Of a stretch of DNA of 64,000 nucleotides, positions 1 to 11,220 are shown piece after piece. This DNA comes from Octopus bimaculoides. Lineage: Eukaryota. Every line of letters starts with the position of its first letter. The first letter of the stretch is position 1. The DNA lies in the NCBI RefSeq assembly GCF_001194135.2, contig NC_068981.1, positions 12,034,608 through 12,098,607 of the forward strand, written 5' to 3'. The notes beneath the pieces are model-generated. The model made no database searches. It was given only the letters and a program-made list of their open reading frames with translations, and was not told the origin of the DNA. A program made the position numbers and the translations under genes.

Positions 1-1314
1 CCTTATATATAAATGTACTGTTACTAAAGCTGCCAACTCACATTGTAAGGTATATATAAAGAACTCCATTAGCTTTAAACAAAAATATTTTGCCCATATA
101 GATTCATTTAAATCGAATATCACGAACAACACTACCTCATTGACTGCATATATACATAAACGCAAACTGAAAAAAATGTTTACTATAAATTATCCTGGTC
201 AATTATCGACTCAGCTACACCATATGCCCATTAATCTTCAATTTGTCGTCTATGTACTAAAGAACCGCTATACATATTATCATATGAGTAAAATAATTTA
301 ATTAACTGCCAATCAGAAGCATTATACACATGTACACATCGGTTTTATAAAACATTTACACACTATAAGAGATCATTAGGAAAAACTTCAAATTAATATT
401 TTGTATTTTATATTATATTATCATAATAAAATATCAAGATTATTATAAATAAAACAGTAAAAATATCTTAAAATTAAATTATTTAAAATCATGCACATAT
501 ATTCACAAGATACAGTTTATCCATTAAATAAATACTTAGAATTTATCCTCTTGAAACTATACACTTTTAAAATATAACTAATCGACTTTAAAAATAATAC
601 ATTAATTTACTCTATATCAAATCAATATACAACCAGATCTATCTACATTTGCATAAAGTATAAATTAATAATGGTATCTTCTGGTTTTATCTCAGTAATA
701 ATAAAAGCAAGAAATAATAACTTTTATTCTCTCGCATTTATGGATTACACATGGAAGAAGAAATGGATCATAGGAATTCTATCTTTATACAAGCATCACG
801 AATTTTTCCCGTGTATTTTTACCATGGATTTATTCAAATGTTTAGGGTTTTTGCTGAAATTTATACCAACTCAGGTATATGAATACCAATAATTTTTTAA
901 GCATTTTCCTCATTCAATTTAAAGATTATTTTCTTCATTCGATTTCCTCCACTGAAAATCATCCTTTCGACACGATTCTCTGATGAGTGGATATACTTCC
1001 CAACGATGCTTATCAATTTAGATTTCATTTTAAGAGGAAAATTTTTCACGAAACAACTGTAAGAACTTTTAAACATTTTAAAACAATTTAATAATTAAAG
1101 CTATACTTTAATTTAAATATTAATAAAATATTGCTAATATTATATACCTATCTTTATTACGATTTTTAAGATATAACTATTCCAATATTTTACTCACTAA
1201 TATATATATTTGCTCTCATGAATTACTAAACAACTTTTAAGATTTTAAACATATTTCATACTGGAGCATTTAATTAACATCCAGTACACCTTGTTTTCAA
1301 AGGACATATTTGTT

Positions 1315-1318
<4 letters not shown>

Positions 1319-1395
<77 letters not shown>

Positions 1396-1428
1396 GTGTA
1401 TGTGCGTGTGTATGTGTGTGTGTATGTA
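1319..1428. repeat. Compound (TA)n(TG)n microsatellite
   Basis: Directly visible dinucleotide runs. Confidence 0.97.
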
Positions 1429-1558
1429 ATGAGTGTAAACATATATAATCGATTTGATATGTAATGAGTTTGAATGCTACTACTACTACTACTAATAATA
1501 ATAATAATAACAGTAATAATAGACGAAGAAGACGGACTAGTAGAAAATGAAGTAGAGA

Positions 1559-1690
1559 AAAAGAAGGCGAAGAAGAAGAAAAAGAAGAAGAAAAAGGAGA
1601 AGGAGAAGAAGAAGAAGAAGAAGAAGAAGAAGAAGAAGAAGAAGAAGAAGAAGAAGAAGAAGAAGAAGAAGAAGAAGAAGAAGAAGAAGA
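1559..1690. repeat. (GAA)n microsatellite
   Basis: Directly visible. It produces the spurious poly-Lys ORF 1474..1761. Confidence 0.97.
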
Positions 1691-1800
1691 ACCGCTCGAA
1701 TACTCCAGAAGGTTCTCGAAAAATAAGGTGTTATCTTAGTTCACTGGTAGTGAACAGCTGACACCGTAGTACATCTCCAGCATTAGAATCTGTGCAAAGG

Positions 1801-1831
<31 letters not shown>

Positions 1832-2310
1832 GAGTGAGAGAGCAGTGCGTGCCATCAAAGTGAAACTGGGGTAAAATATACGAAGGGCAGTATACTCATC
1901 ATGACTACTCATCTGATAAGGGTACACCAGACACTTGCATGACAACCATATGTGCGCGACATGGTGACCTCATATCAAAATAAACAGCGCATGGCTCTGC
2001 AGGTGGGCCCAGTTAAACCTTTCTTCAGGTCAAATAGCCCATCCCGCTCAAAGGGTCCCTGAATAAGTTTTGTTTAAGGATGTTGAGCGAAACATCCATG
2101 TTTCCAAAGGTGAATTATTCAAACCCCAAAGAATTCCTCTCAACATATGGCTATGATGCTCCCCCACTACTTCTGCTCGTGATCAGAGATGCACATATCG
2201 TCAGCCACCAAGGGACATGTTCAACTGGTTAAGGTCAAACAACTGACAAGCAAATCTGTGGTATTAAGCAGAATATTTGCTGTAGCTCATCTCTTATACC
2301 AAGACAAAAC
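1832..2310. mobile_element. Unclassified interspersed repeat, copy 1 (truncated), abutting an (ATT)n tract
   Basis: Colinear and highly similar to 50125-50604 (GAGTGAGAGAGCAGTG...CCAAGACAAAAC) in the same orientation. Preceded by (ATT)n at 1802-1831. No coding signature. Confidence 0.85.
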
Positions 2311-2311
2311 G

Positions 2312-2930
2312 TTCCTACAGCCGAAAGTCCTGCGGTAAATTTTCCTGTGACAAAATGTTTACGGCAAATGTTACTAGAATCCGAATTGATGGGTCAACTT
2401 TAGGAACGAGCAAGTGATTCCACTGTTCTGAATCTGTAACAGATTGAACGAAACCATTGCTGCTATTCCGAATGAATGCCTCTGACTTCCCTAAAATCAC
2501 CACACGTTGTGGCGACACGATGAGGTAGCAAAAGAACTACACTGGAAACTGCGAAAAAAGTTGGGGCTAGAGATGCAAATCGCAATAGTGATGGAGTTTG
2601 AGACCTGAAGAATCCTTTGGAATTTCCCAATCCGAACAGTTCAGGTGCTAAAGCAAAACAGACTTGACCAAATTGTGGCGGACAATATGCTCCATATATG
2701 CTATATAGTTTGTGTTTCGTGCCCATTTGACACACCAATAATCAAGAAGGAAGTAAAAAAAAACATAGATATACAATCCTCTTAAGTACGACGTTGTCCG
2801 GCTATGGAAAATGAAGAAGATTAAGATAGTGCCAATTATTGTTGGATTCTTGAGGACAGGATCAGAAAGCATCAAGAAAAATATAAAGAAAATCGTAGAG
2901 AGCCCAGTAGAACTGTTATGTAATTTACGC
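2312..2930 (+). mobile_element. Decayed 3' fragment of an RLE-type (R4/Dong-like) non-LTR retrotransposon: CCHC knuckle plus restriction-like endonuclease
   Basis: Manual translation across stops and frameshifts gives ICNRLNETIAAIPNEC, RHDEVAKELHWKL, ILWNFPIRTVQVLKQNRLDQIVAD and RLWKMKKIKIVPIIVG. These match the CCHC / RHD / PD-(D/E)xK region of R4-clade elements. Confidence 0.8.
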
Positions 2931-3253
2931 CGCCCTTTCACTGTCACAATAATTAGGTTAGCAATATATAGTTAAAAAAGTACGGATAGCATGGTATTGT
3001 TGGCTGTAGTTAGTAAACCTGCGATGCATGCAAGACGCCAGGAGGTACAACAGAAGCTGATATAAAAAGAATAATACATTTATTACATATGAATGCATTG
3101 AGGAACTTTTAATATTTAAACTCATAATAACCAAATTATTTGTTCCCAACTCTATAACTAGTCTATTAGCACCCTAGTATAATGCAAGTTTTGCAAATTT
3201 CCTTCACGTTATTCTCAAGAGGTATTTGTTTTTTTTGCCAAGAAGTAGTTGCT

Positions 3254-3944
3254 AGTACCTCGTACACCTTGGATTTTGCTTTGAGCTTCGACAGACTAAA
3301 CAGTGTGCCGCCTGATCTGGTGTCGGGGTAAACACCATCAGCTGATGTCCCAAATGCATATTTCAGCATGACTGCAAAGAATATGCCAAATAGGGTGCGG
3401 GCAAGACACAACTCTGTTTCACGCCACTACGTACGTTGAATGCCTCCGAAAAAAAAGTTATTAAATAGAACGACTCTTTTGATGTCCGTGTGAAGTGATG
3501 GAACCATCCTGAAGAGTCTTGCAGGACAGCTAATCTTGGAGGATAGCTAATCATTGTGAAGTCGATGAAGGTGAAACAGAGGGGTTGTCTTAGTTCTCGG
3601 CACTTTTCCTCTGGCAATTGGAGAGAGATCATAACGACGGTGTAGCGTTTTGCTCTGAAACGACACCGAGATTCGGGGTATACCCCATCAGCGATTTTCT
3701 GTAGCCTATGAAGAGCCACGGTGGCAAAGACTTTCCCAACGATGCTTGACAGCAAAATACGTCGGTAGTTATTGCAGTCGATTTTGTCTCCTTCGTTCTC
3801 ATATAGGGTGTCACTGCTGTAGTAGTCTCTCATGTCTTGCGGTACTGCTCCCTCCTCCCACCACTGATACAGTAGCTTCAGCATTAGGCTAAGTAGAAAT
3901 CTCCTTACGCATCTGATGATCTCTGGTGGGATACCATCCAAACT
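3254..3944 (-). mobile_element. RTE/BovB-like LINE, inverted 5' segment (RT N-terminal half)
   Basis: ORFs 3363..4010 and 3166..3411 give DGIPPE...WEEGAVPQDMRD...DCNNYR...VGKVFA...YPES...EKCRE...FIDFT and LARTLFGIFFAVMLKYAFG...KAKSKV, which are typical RTE-clade RT motifs. Confidence 0.92.
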
Positions 3945-4958
3945 CGTCAGAGAAATGCTGTTTGCAGGCAATGTAGCACTGACATTGCACCTGAAGAAGA
4001 AATGCAGCACCTCGTGTTCAAACTTTCAAAGGCCTGTCAGGAATTCAGCCTGACTATCAGTCTGAAAAAGATCCAAGTAATGGGTCAAAGTGTCACGCAA
4101 ACCTCCACCATCACCACTAACAGCTGCAAAGTGGAGGTAGTGTATCAATTCACCTATCTCGGCTCTACGATCACTAATGAACTCTTCCTTAACCCTGAGA
4201 TTAACAGGCGAATCAGACATGCATCCCCCCCTTGCTTTCCATGGTCACAAAGAGAGTCGAGGTAGGTAACTGGCTGCAAATACCAAAATTGTTATCTATA
4301 AGGCGTGCATCCCTAGTATACTACTTTACGGCATTGGGATGTGGAGCCTCTGCTCTAGACAGGAGCGGTGCCTCAATGTTTTTCACTTTCGGAAGTTGCA
4401 ATGCATTTTGGACATCAAGTGGAACGACCATATCACCAACACTGAAGTCTTCAACCGCTCCAAGATGTTCAGCATACACATCTTGCTCCAGCAGCGTCGT
4501 TTGCGCTCGCTCGGTCATGTTCATTGGATGCCTGTCGGACGGATCCCAAAAGGCTTCATGTATGGGGAATTGGCCACCAGCACAAGAACTCGAGGACAAC
4601 TTCATCTTCCTATCAAATACGTCCGTAGGAGAGGTATGAAGTCGGTTGATCTCAACGTCCTCAGATGAGAGGAGGTTGTAAATGATTGCCCACGCTGGAA
4701 GCCAACACTCCGAAAGGGAATGAAGAGAGTGGAAGAAGAACAAAGAACTCACCACCAGGTAAAAGCTCATTGAACAGAAGCAAAAATCATCAGCAGCGAC
4801 AGAGAGCTCCTTCAAATGCAGTCTCTGTATGCGTGCCTGCCACTCCGTATGGGCCTGTGCAACCGTATGAGCCGACGCCGCACCACCACCAGCAGCTGAC
4901 ACAATTTCTTCAGGCGCAGATCCATGGCTTCTCAATACCGACGGATGCCTATTACTAT
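3942..4958 (+). mobile_element. RTE/BovB-like LINE, 3' segment (RT C-terminal half, terminal Cys/His motif, 3' end)
   Basis: Translations give LVREMLFAGN (decayed FADD), FTYLGSTIT, WNDHITNTEV...RRLRSLGHVHWMPVGRIPKGFMYGEL and FKCSLCMRACHS. The 3' terminus is GACGGATGCCTATTACTAT with a short tail. Confidence 0.92.
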
Positions 4959-6444
4959 GAGGTATCAGTAACTTTGAATTACAATTTGCTATCAATTTAG
5001 TGTAAGTATTTTTCTTTCAGCCATTCTATTTATTCCTGTACAAGTTTTTTGTACATTAGTATACGCCAATTTCATTTCCAGGCATACGACAAACAGTATT
5101 CTTAAAAGGAAACCATTTGCTTTTTCAATTGGAATTCTAATACTTCGGGCAGTTTAAAACACAATAGAATCAGTAACGTCTTCTAAGTGTCGTTTCTTTT
5201 GTGCATGTATTTCATATTTCGAAACTTCCCTTTCCATTACGGATATCGAGAGCTGTTTGCTTTCTATCAAATATGTTTTTGCAACGCTATTAAATTCTTT
5301 GACTCTTTTCAGTATCGGTGCATTTTGTAAAAGAACTTACAAAAGCTTTTCTACCCGTAGCCTTGTGAATAGTTGTATCAGTTAATATTTTCAATAGAGA
5401 CAAATTATTTCGCTTTGCATGTATTAATATTCAAGCATCAACTTTCATTTGTCGTTGTACATCGTCTCTAATAAAGGGAAATTATATCTGTTGATTTGTG
5501 AATCGTTAATTTATTCAAATATTATATCAAGTGTATTTACATCCGAGTCCATTGTGTGTTTTGATTCGACTAAATGAAACGGAATATTTGTTGTGTTGCT
5601 TTTCAAGCGATAATTAGTACAGAGTAGATGGACATTTGCATTCACTTGTGCAATATATATCAATCTCTGTTTGACTGTTTATTTCCATTATTTATGAAAT
5701 ATTTTTATTCTATAGAGAATTTATGTCAAATCCGTCTCTATTTTGTTGCACTTTTTATTACACTGCTAATTCCAGCTATATCTAAAAAGAATTAGTCTAA
5801 TGTGAGAATATCGTGGTTTTCCTTATTCGTGATAAAATTTGAAGTCAAACTTGAAATTACTGATAAAGAGAAGAAATTTGTTTTTCCTTGTCGTACGCAC
5901 TGATATTTCAAAAATTCAGTGCATCTCCTTATACAATAAGTGTCTTTAATAACTGTTTGCAGAATGTGATTTAGATATCTGCATTGTTTTATATAAAGCT
6001 TCAGGCCTAATTTAAAAACAACAAATTGTGCTAACATCGGCGTGGTTAAATAACCAATACTTGTAGATATCAAGCCAGAGAATAGGCATTGTTGTAAAAG
6101 TAGTAATGTAATCAGATGGAGTTTTCAGTTAATATAAAAAAAGTTTAGTTTATTTTTCATTTACTCTTGTGATTTGTAGTTTTTAAGCGTTTGTTATATT
6201 GCAATGCAAACTACACTAAGAGGAAAAAAAGTTGCGGAAAATCCCAAACAACAAAATTTAGGTAAGAGTGTTTTAGACGCCGCTTGGAAAAACAGGTACC
6301 ATTTGAAACACAACCACCACGAGAAAGTAAAGAGCCTTGATAGTAATAGGGATATCAAAGAATCATCGACGAACTAACAGTTAAGACATTCTCAGAATTC
6401 ACCTCCACTTATATGTGGATATATTAATGTTTTTAAATTCCCGA

Positions 6445-6657
6445 GGCGGTGAGCTGGAAGAATCGTCAGCACGCCGATCGAAATACTTAGTGTTATTTCG
6501 TCTCCTTTTACGTTCTGAGTTCAAATTCTGCCGAGGCCGACTTTGCCATTCATCCTTTCGGGGTCGGTTTAATACGTACCAGTTGCGCATTGGGGTCGAT
6601 GTAATCGACTTTGTCTGTTTATGTTTAGCCCCCTGTGGGCAATAAGGACACAAATAA
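6445..6657 (+). mobile_element. tRNA-derived SINE (main octopus-type family)
   Basis: A-box-like TGGAAGAATCG, B-box-like GAGTTCAAATTC and the core CATTCATCCTTTCGGGGTCG...TACCAGTT shared with other copies in the window. Confidence 0.88.
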
Positions 6658-6671
6658 TTAAAAATTCCCAA

Positions 6672-6877
6672 GGAGGCTAGGTGGCAGAAAAGTTAGTCGC
6701 CGGGCGTAATGTTTTTCTTCTGTCTTTACTTTCTGAGTTCAAATTCCACCGAGGGTGACATTGCTTTAATACTTTCTGAGTCGATAAATTAAGTACCAGT
6801 TGCGTACTGGAGTCCATCTAAGCGACTGGCCCCTTCCCCCAAAATTTCGGTCGTTATGCCTAAATTTGGAAAGAATA
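6672..6877 (+). mobile_element. tRNA-derived SINE, tandem with the previous copy
   Basis: CTGAGTTCAAATTCCACCGAGG...GTCGATAAATTAAGTACCAGTTGCGTACTGG, shared with the other copies. Confidence 0.88.
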
Positions 6878-6899
6878 AATTTAAAGTCCTGCACAGTCT

Positions 6900-7145
6900 C
6901 ACATATTCACATCTCTCTCTCCCTCTATCTATCTATCTATCTATATATCTCTATATATTATAGATATATATATATACACACATACGCATATACAAGCGTA
7001 CATATATTTACACGCATACGAACATACATACATGTACACATATACATACCTACAAACATACTTACACACAACACACACACAGACACACGTATATACATAG
7101 GGAGAGCTAGCTTGCTGTCTAGATATGCACGCGCACACATACAAA
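6900..7145. repeat. Compound (CT)/(CTAT)/(TA)/(CA) low-complexity tract
   Basis: Directly visible. Confidence 0.9.
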
Positions 7146-7611
7146 TAGGTATATAGTTAATACTATACACGGTCGCTCAATATACAATGGATATAATGGC
7201 ATGAGAGTAGCAAATATAAGCACCCTGTATAATAAAATTAATATATTTAATTATAGATACATAATATCGAATATATTTACTGTCCAATATAATGCAGTTT
7301 AATAGGAGAGCATATTACAATAAATACTTGTATATCCGGTAATTAGATATGAAAAGAGCAGTCATTATGAAAATTACTTGAATAACAGCCAAAATGAATA
7401 TATTAAGCTATATTGTTCATAATGCTAGATGAGATACAGTACGGCTTAAGTATTTGGATTATTCATTGTTATTACGGTTATAATTGATTGCCTAAGCTAT
7501 TTATTATATGTAAGAGAGGTTGATCATTAAAAATAAATATTTATGTCACAAAACATTAAATTAAACTAGACAGCAGTTTTTGAAATAGTATTAATGATAA
7601 CCCTTTCCGTT

Positions 7612-7803
7612 ACGAGCAAAATGCTTGAAATCTTGGGGGAAGGGGAGACTCGTTCACATTCAACCCAGTGGGCAGCTGGTATTTAAGTTATCGACACCGA
7701 AAGGATAAAAGGCAAATCTGACCTCGGCGGAATGTGAACTCGGAACGTAGAGACGGACGAAATGCCGTAAACAAATTTTACCAGGCAGGCTACCGATTCT
7801 GCA
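7612..7803 (-). mobile_element. tRNA-derived SINE (degenerate)
   Basis: Reverse complement of the family core (CTGGTATTTAAGTTATCGACACCGAAAGGATAAAAGGCAAA...CTCGGCGGAATGTGAACTC). Confidence 0.82.
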
Positions 7804-7949
7804 CGTATGTATGAAGGTGCGTGTACATATATGTCTGTACGTATGTATGTTCATATGTGTGTGTGTGAGTATGCGTATGTGTGAGTATATATATTATATA
7901 TATATATGCTCACGTTGTTGTTAATAATAATAGAAACAGTAATATAAAT

Positions 7950-8158
7950 ATTTCTATTGAGAGCACATGGCCTGAAATTTTTGGGGAAGAGACTAGCCGA
8001 TTACATCGACCCCAGTGCGTAACTGGTACTTAATTTATCGCCCCCGAAAGGCTAAAAGTCTCAGTCGACTTCGATGGAATTTGAACCCAGAGCATAACGA
8101 CGAACAAAATACCGCTAAGCATTTCGTCCCGTGTGCTAACGATCCTGCCAGCTCACCT
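7950..8158 (-). mobile_element. tRNA-derived SINE
   Basis: Full-length reverse copy ending ...GTGCTAACGATCCTGCCAGCTCACC. Confidence 0.88.
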
Positions 8159-8179
8159 CTTTAATAGTAATATAATAAA

Positions 8180-8390
8180 CATTTCTACTAGAGGCGCACA
8201 GCCTCGATTTTGTGGGGAGGGGAACAGTTGATCACGTCACATCCAGTACTGAACTGGTACTAATTTTATCGACTCAGACAGGATGAAAGGCAAAGTTGAC
8301 CACGGCGGAATTTGAACTCAGAACGTAGCGACGAGCGAAATACTGCCAAGCATTTCACCAGGCGTGCTAACTATTCTGCCAGCTAGCCAT
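8180..8390 (-). mobile_element. tRNA-derived SINE, tandem with the previous copy
   Basis: Reverse copy with GGATGAAAGGCAAAGTTGACCACGGCGGAATTTGAACTCAGAACG. Confidence 0.88.
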
Positions 8391-9969
8391 CTTATTAGTA
8401 ATATAAATAATGGTAATGATAATAAAGATAATATTGATAATAATGAGAAGAAATGTATCTCATATACATCGCAGTCGACGGACGATTGAAATAATAACGT
8501 ATTCCGTTATAATAATTGCGTATTCAGCTTGATTACTGAGGGAACAATTTATTATTTCGTGCATTAAACTCTAGGTAGCTATTTGCAAGATTTGTGGTTT
8601 TTAATTTAAGATTATCTTTTCTCGCTTAACTGATCGAGTGCTTTTCTACCTGTTGCAGTATTACTACATAATAAATTACATATGCATGCGTGTAGTTATG
8701 TAAGCATAACGTATATGCGTGAGCATTTATACATATGCATATATGTGTGTATGTGTGTGTGAAATAGAGAGAAAGAGTGAGAGTGTGTGGATGTGTAGCT
8801 GTCTGTGCGTATGTGTATTTCTTTGCGTGTGTGTAGGTGTATCTGAAATAAATAAATTTTGCCTTTTAAGCCACTATAGATGTCCGCTCCTGGTAGGCCC
8901 AACGGGCGTGAACTTACTCCCCACTGTCAACTGACTGCAAGAGACTCACTACTATTTGTATTATAGTAGATCTGGAAACGTTAGTTATATTTTTCGTCCC
9001 CTCCTAGTTCTATCCTATTTTGATTTTGACTTTCTCAAGACGCCTATTTTATTCCTATATATCAGTCACTCTGATGATGGTCTGGTTTGCTAACCAGCAG
9101 ATTTCTTAATAACTCTACGTTCGATTCTGTTTTAAATAATGCCTGATCAGCATAGGAATGCAGATAATGTACGACATAACTTTTAATGATTTGTTATGCT
9201 TCCATTAAGTAAAGTTTGACAGTGAAATAATTGTTGCAACATTTCAAAATGCTTGCTTCTTTTTTTTCTTGCAATTATTGTTTCACGCCACATCAAGCGT
9301 TCTTTTTGTCGAAAAAATTGTGAACAATTGGCGCTGCGAATTGCGCAACAAAAGTTATAGGCCTCACCGTTGGTTTAAAATTGTTCGAAAGTTCCCAAAG
9401 ACAGCTGCTGAAGGCTATATCAGCCCAAACGCTGTGTTGACAGGTAACAAGATGAGGGCAAATATCCGTCAAATGTAAATAATGTAAATAATGTACATTA
9501 TTCCTCATCTCTTAAATATAGAACTGTATTAAGAAAATAGAGATAAATCAATTAATAATTATTTATTAATTACAAAAATTGACTTACTCTCTGACAGCTA
9601 TTTCGATTCAAACATTAGAAATTAATTAAAATATTTAAATCATAATAAAGTTGAATCACATCTAAGGTAGACAAAAGATATACCATTACATTTTTTTTCT
9701 ATGAGTTAAGTGTACGGCGCATACGACTTGAGTATTGTTTTATTGTCAGAGATTATGTCTATTTTTGTAATTAATAAATAACTATTAATTGATTCATCAC
9801 CATTTTCTTATATTTGTTAGTTAAATAGAAACCTCGGTTTATCTAATTACCTTATTTTAAAATATTAAGTCTAATAATCAAAATAAATAATAGATTATAA
9901 ACCAGTAAATTGATTGGATTTTATTATCCCTTAATGAAGTATTTATACTTTAATTGAATTATAAAAATT

Positions 9970-10660
9970 CGATGCGGCTCGCACCCGCAGATGTGTACAT
10001 GGATCATCAGAATTTTTCCATCTAGGGATCGTGAAACCATCATCTTTCTCTTCTCCACATTCGTTAGGCCCCACCTCGAATACTGCTGCCCATTGTGGTC
10101 CCTCTACAAAAAAAATAAAATAAAACAAGACAAAATGAGGATCGAAACGCCACTAAGATAAATCACAATAATAATAATAATAATAATTGGCATGAAGGGA
10201 CTTGATTATTGGGCTCAACTAAAAACAGCTGAAACTCTATTCTCTCCCACGCCACCGTGAGCGATACATTATTTGCACCATGTGAAAAATATTATTCACC
10301 AATATTAAAATGATATCGGTAGTATGATTACAATTCACCCAAGTCTAGGCCCCCTTTCAATGCGTCCATTACAAAGTTCGAGATTACATCACACAAGAAA
10401 ATTCGGTACACATTTCTTCAATGCAAATGGTCCTGCACTTTTCAGTGTTTTCCCGAAAGAAATTAAAGTAGAAAAAAATCCCACAACATTCAAACGGTTC
10501 CTGGCAAATTGCTCCAGGAAATATCCGATAAACTACCTACACCTGGATAGTTTCAACCAACAATAATTCCTTTCTTGAGTGGTCCATGATGTCCCGAAAT
10601 AATTACGTAAGAGCCTTTTCCGTGGCCTGGCCCGATAACGACTGAAAACAATCTGAGTTA
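9970..10660 (+). mobile_element. CR1/L2-group LINE 3' fragment (decayed)
   Basis: Manual translation gives WIIRIFPSRDRETIIFLFSTFVRPHLEYCCPLWS, LDYWAQL-KQLKLYSLPRHRERYII and FNANGPALFSVFPKEIK. The RPHLEYC..WSP and LYSL.RRRER motifs are typical of CR1-group RT C-termini. Confidence 0.8.
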
Positions 10661-10827
10661 TCTAAGTTATATATTTACACAGACATACAAAAAGTAAATA
10701 GACACTGTTAATTTTCAAAATTTCTCATCTAAGCGTCTTAATATGTTTTCGGCGGAGTAGAATTTATAATGTAATTATTCTTTTTCATTTCAGGTACCAT
10801 TATATTAAACATTTGCGAAGAGTAACC

Positions 10828-11220
10828 ATGCCAAGCACAAAAAATTCAGTAAAACTCTCAGATTTGTAAATAGATCGTATTTTTGGGCAATCTGAAGCTG
10901 GTCTTAGCCAGCGAAAAATTTCCGAAAATCTTCAAATTCTTATGGCTACTATTAATAAGAATTATAATGCAATTCAAACACCAAGGAAAAGAATCAACTG
11001 ATTCTCGTCCCGCCCGAGCTAGGCCCTCGGCAAGGAAGCTTCGCTGTTTGAAGATAATTGTGGAAAACGAATGCCGTTCGAAGTCTTCTGACATTTTAAA
11101 ACAGCTAGAAGTTAGTCTAAGAACGTGTGTTACATATCTGTATAAGCTTGGGTATTATGGACGAGCAGCTAGAAGAAAATCTCCCCTTCAACCAATTAAT
11201 GTCAAATAAAAGATTTCGAA
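10828..11220 (+). mobile_element. Tc1-family transposase N-terminal (paired-like HTH) remnant
   Basis: MPSTKNSVKLSDL*IDRIFGQSEAGLSQRKISENL... then, after a frameshift, ...QFKHQGKESTDSRPARARPSARKLRCLKIIVENECRSKSSDILKQLEVSLRTCVTYLYKLGYYGRAARRK. This is the Tc1 HTH / GRPR / GY..R.ARRKP pattern. Confidence 0.82.

Noticed and set aside
900-1060. 52-codon minus frame after TTCTTACAG, a possible terminal exon
   Set aside because: No homology is recognised, and the length is within chance for the window.
1474-1761. Poly-Lys ORF and similar poly-L/Y/S/E ORFs (32739..33077, 37786..38163, 49106..49730)
   Set aside because: These are translations of trinucleotide microsatellites.
9066-9110. CACTCTGATGATGG...CCAG, resembling a PLE end
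   Set aside because: No GAAA or stem III is present, and there is no second copy in the window to support it.
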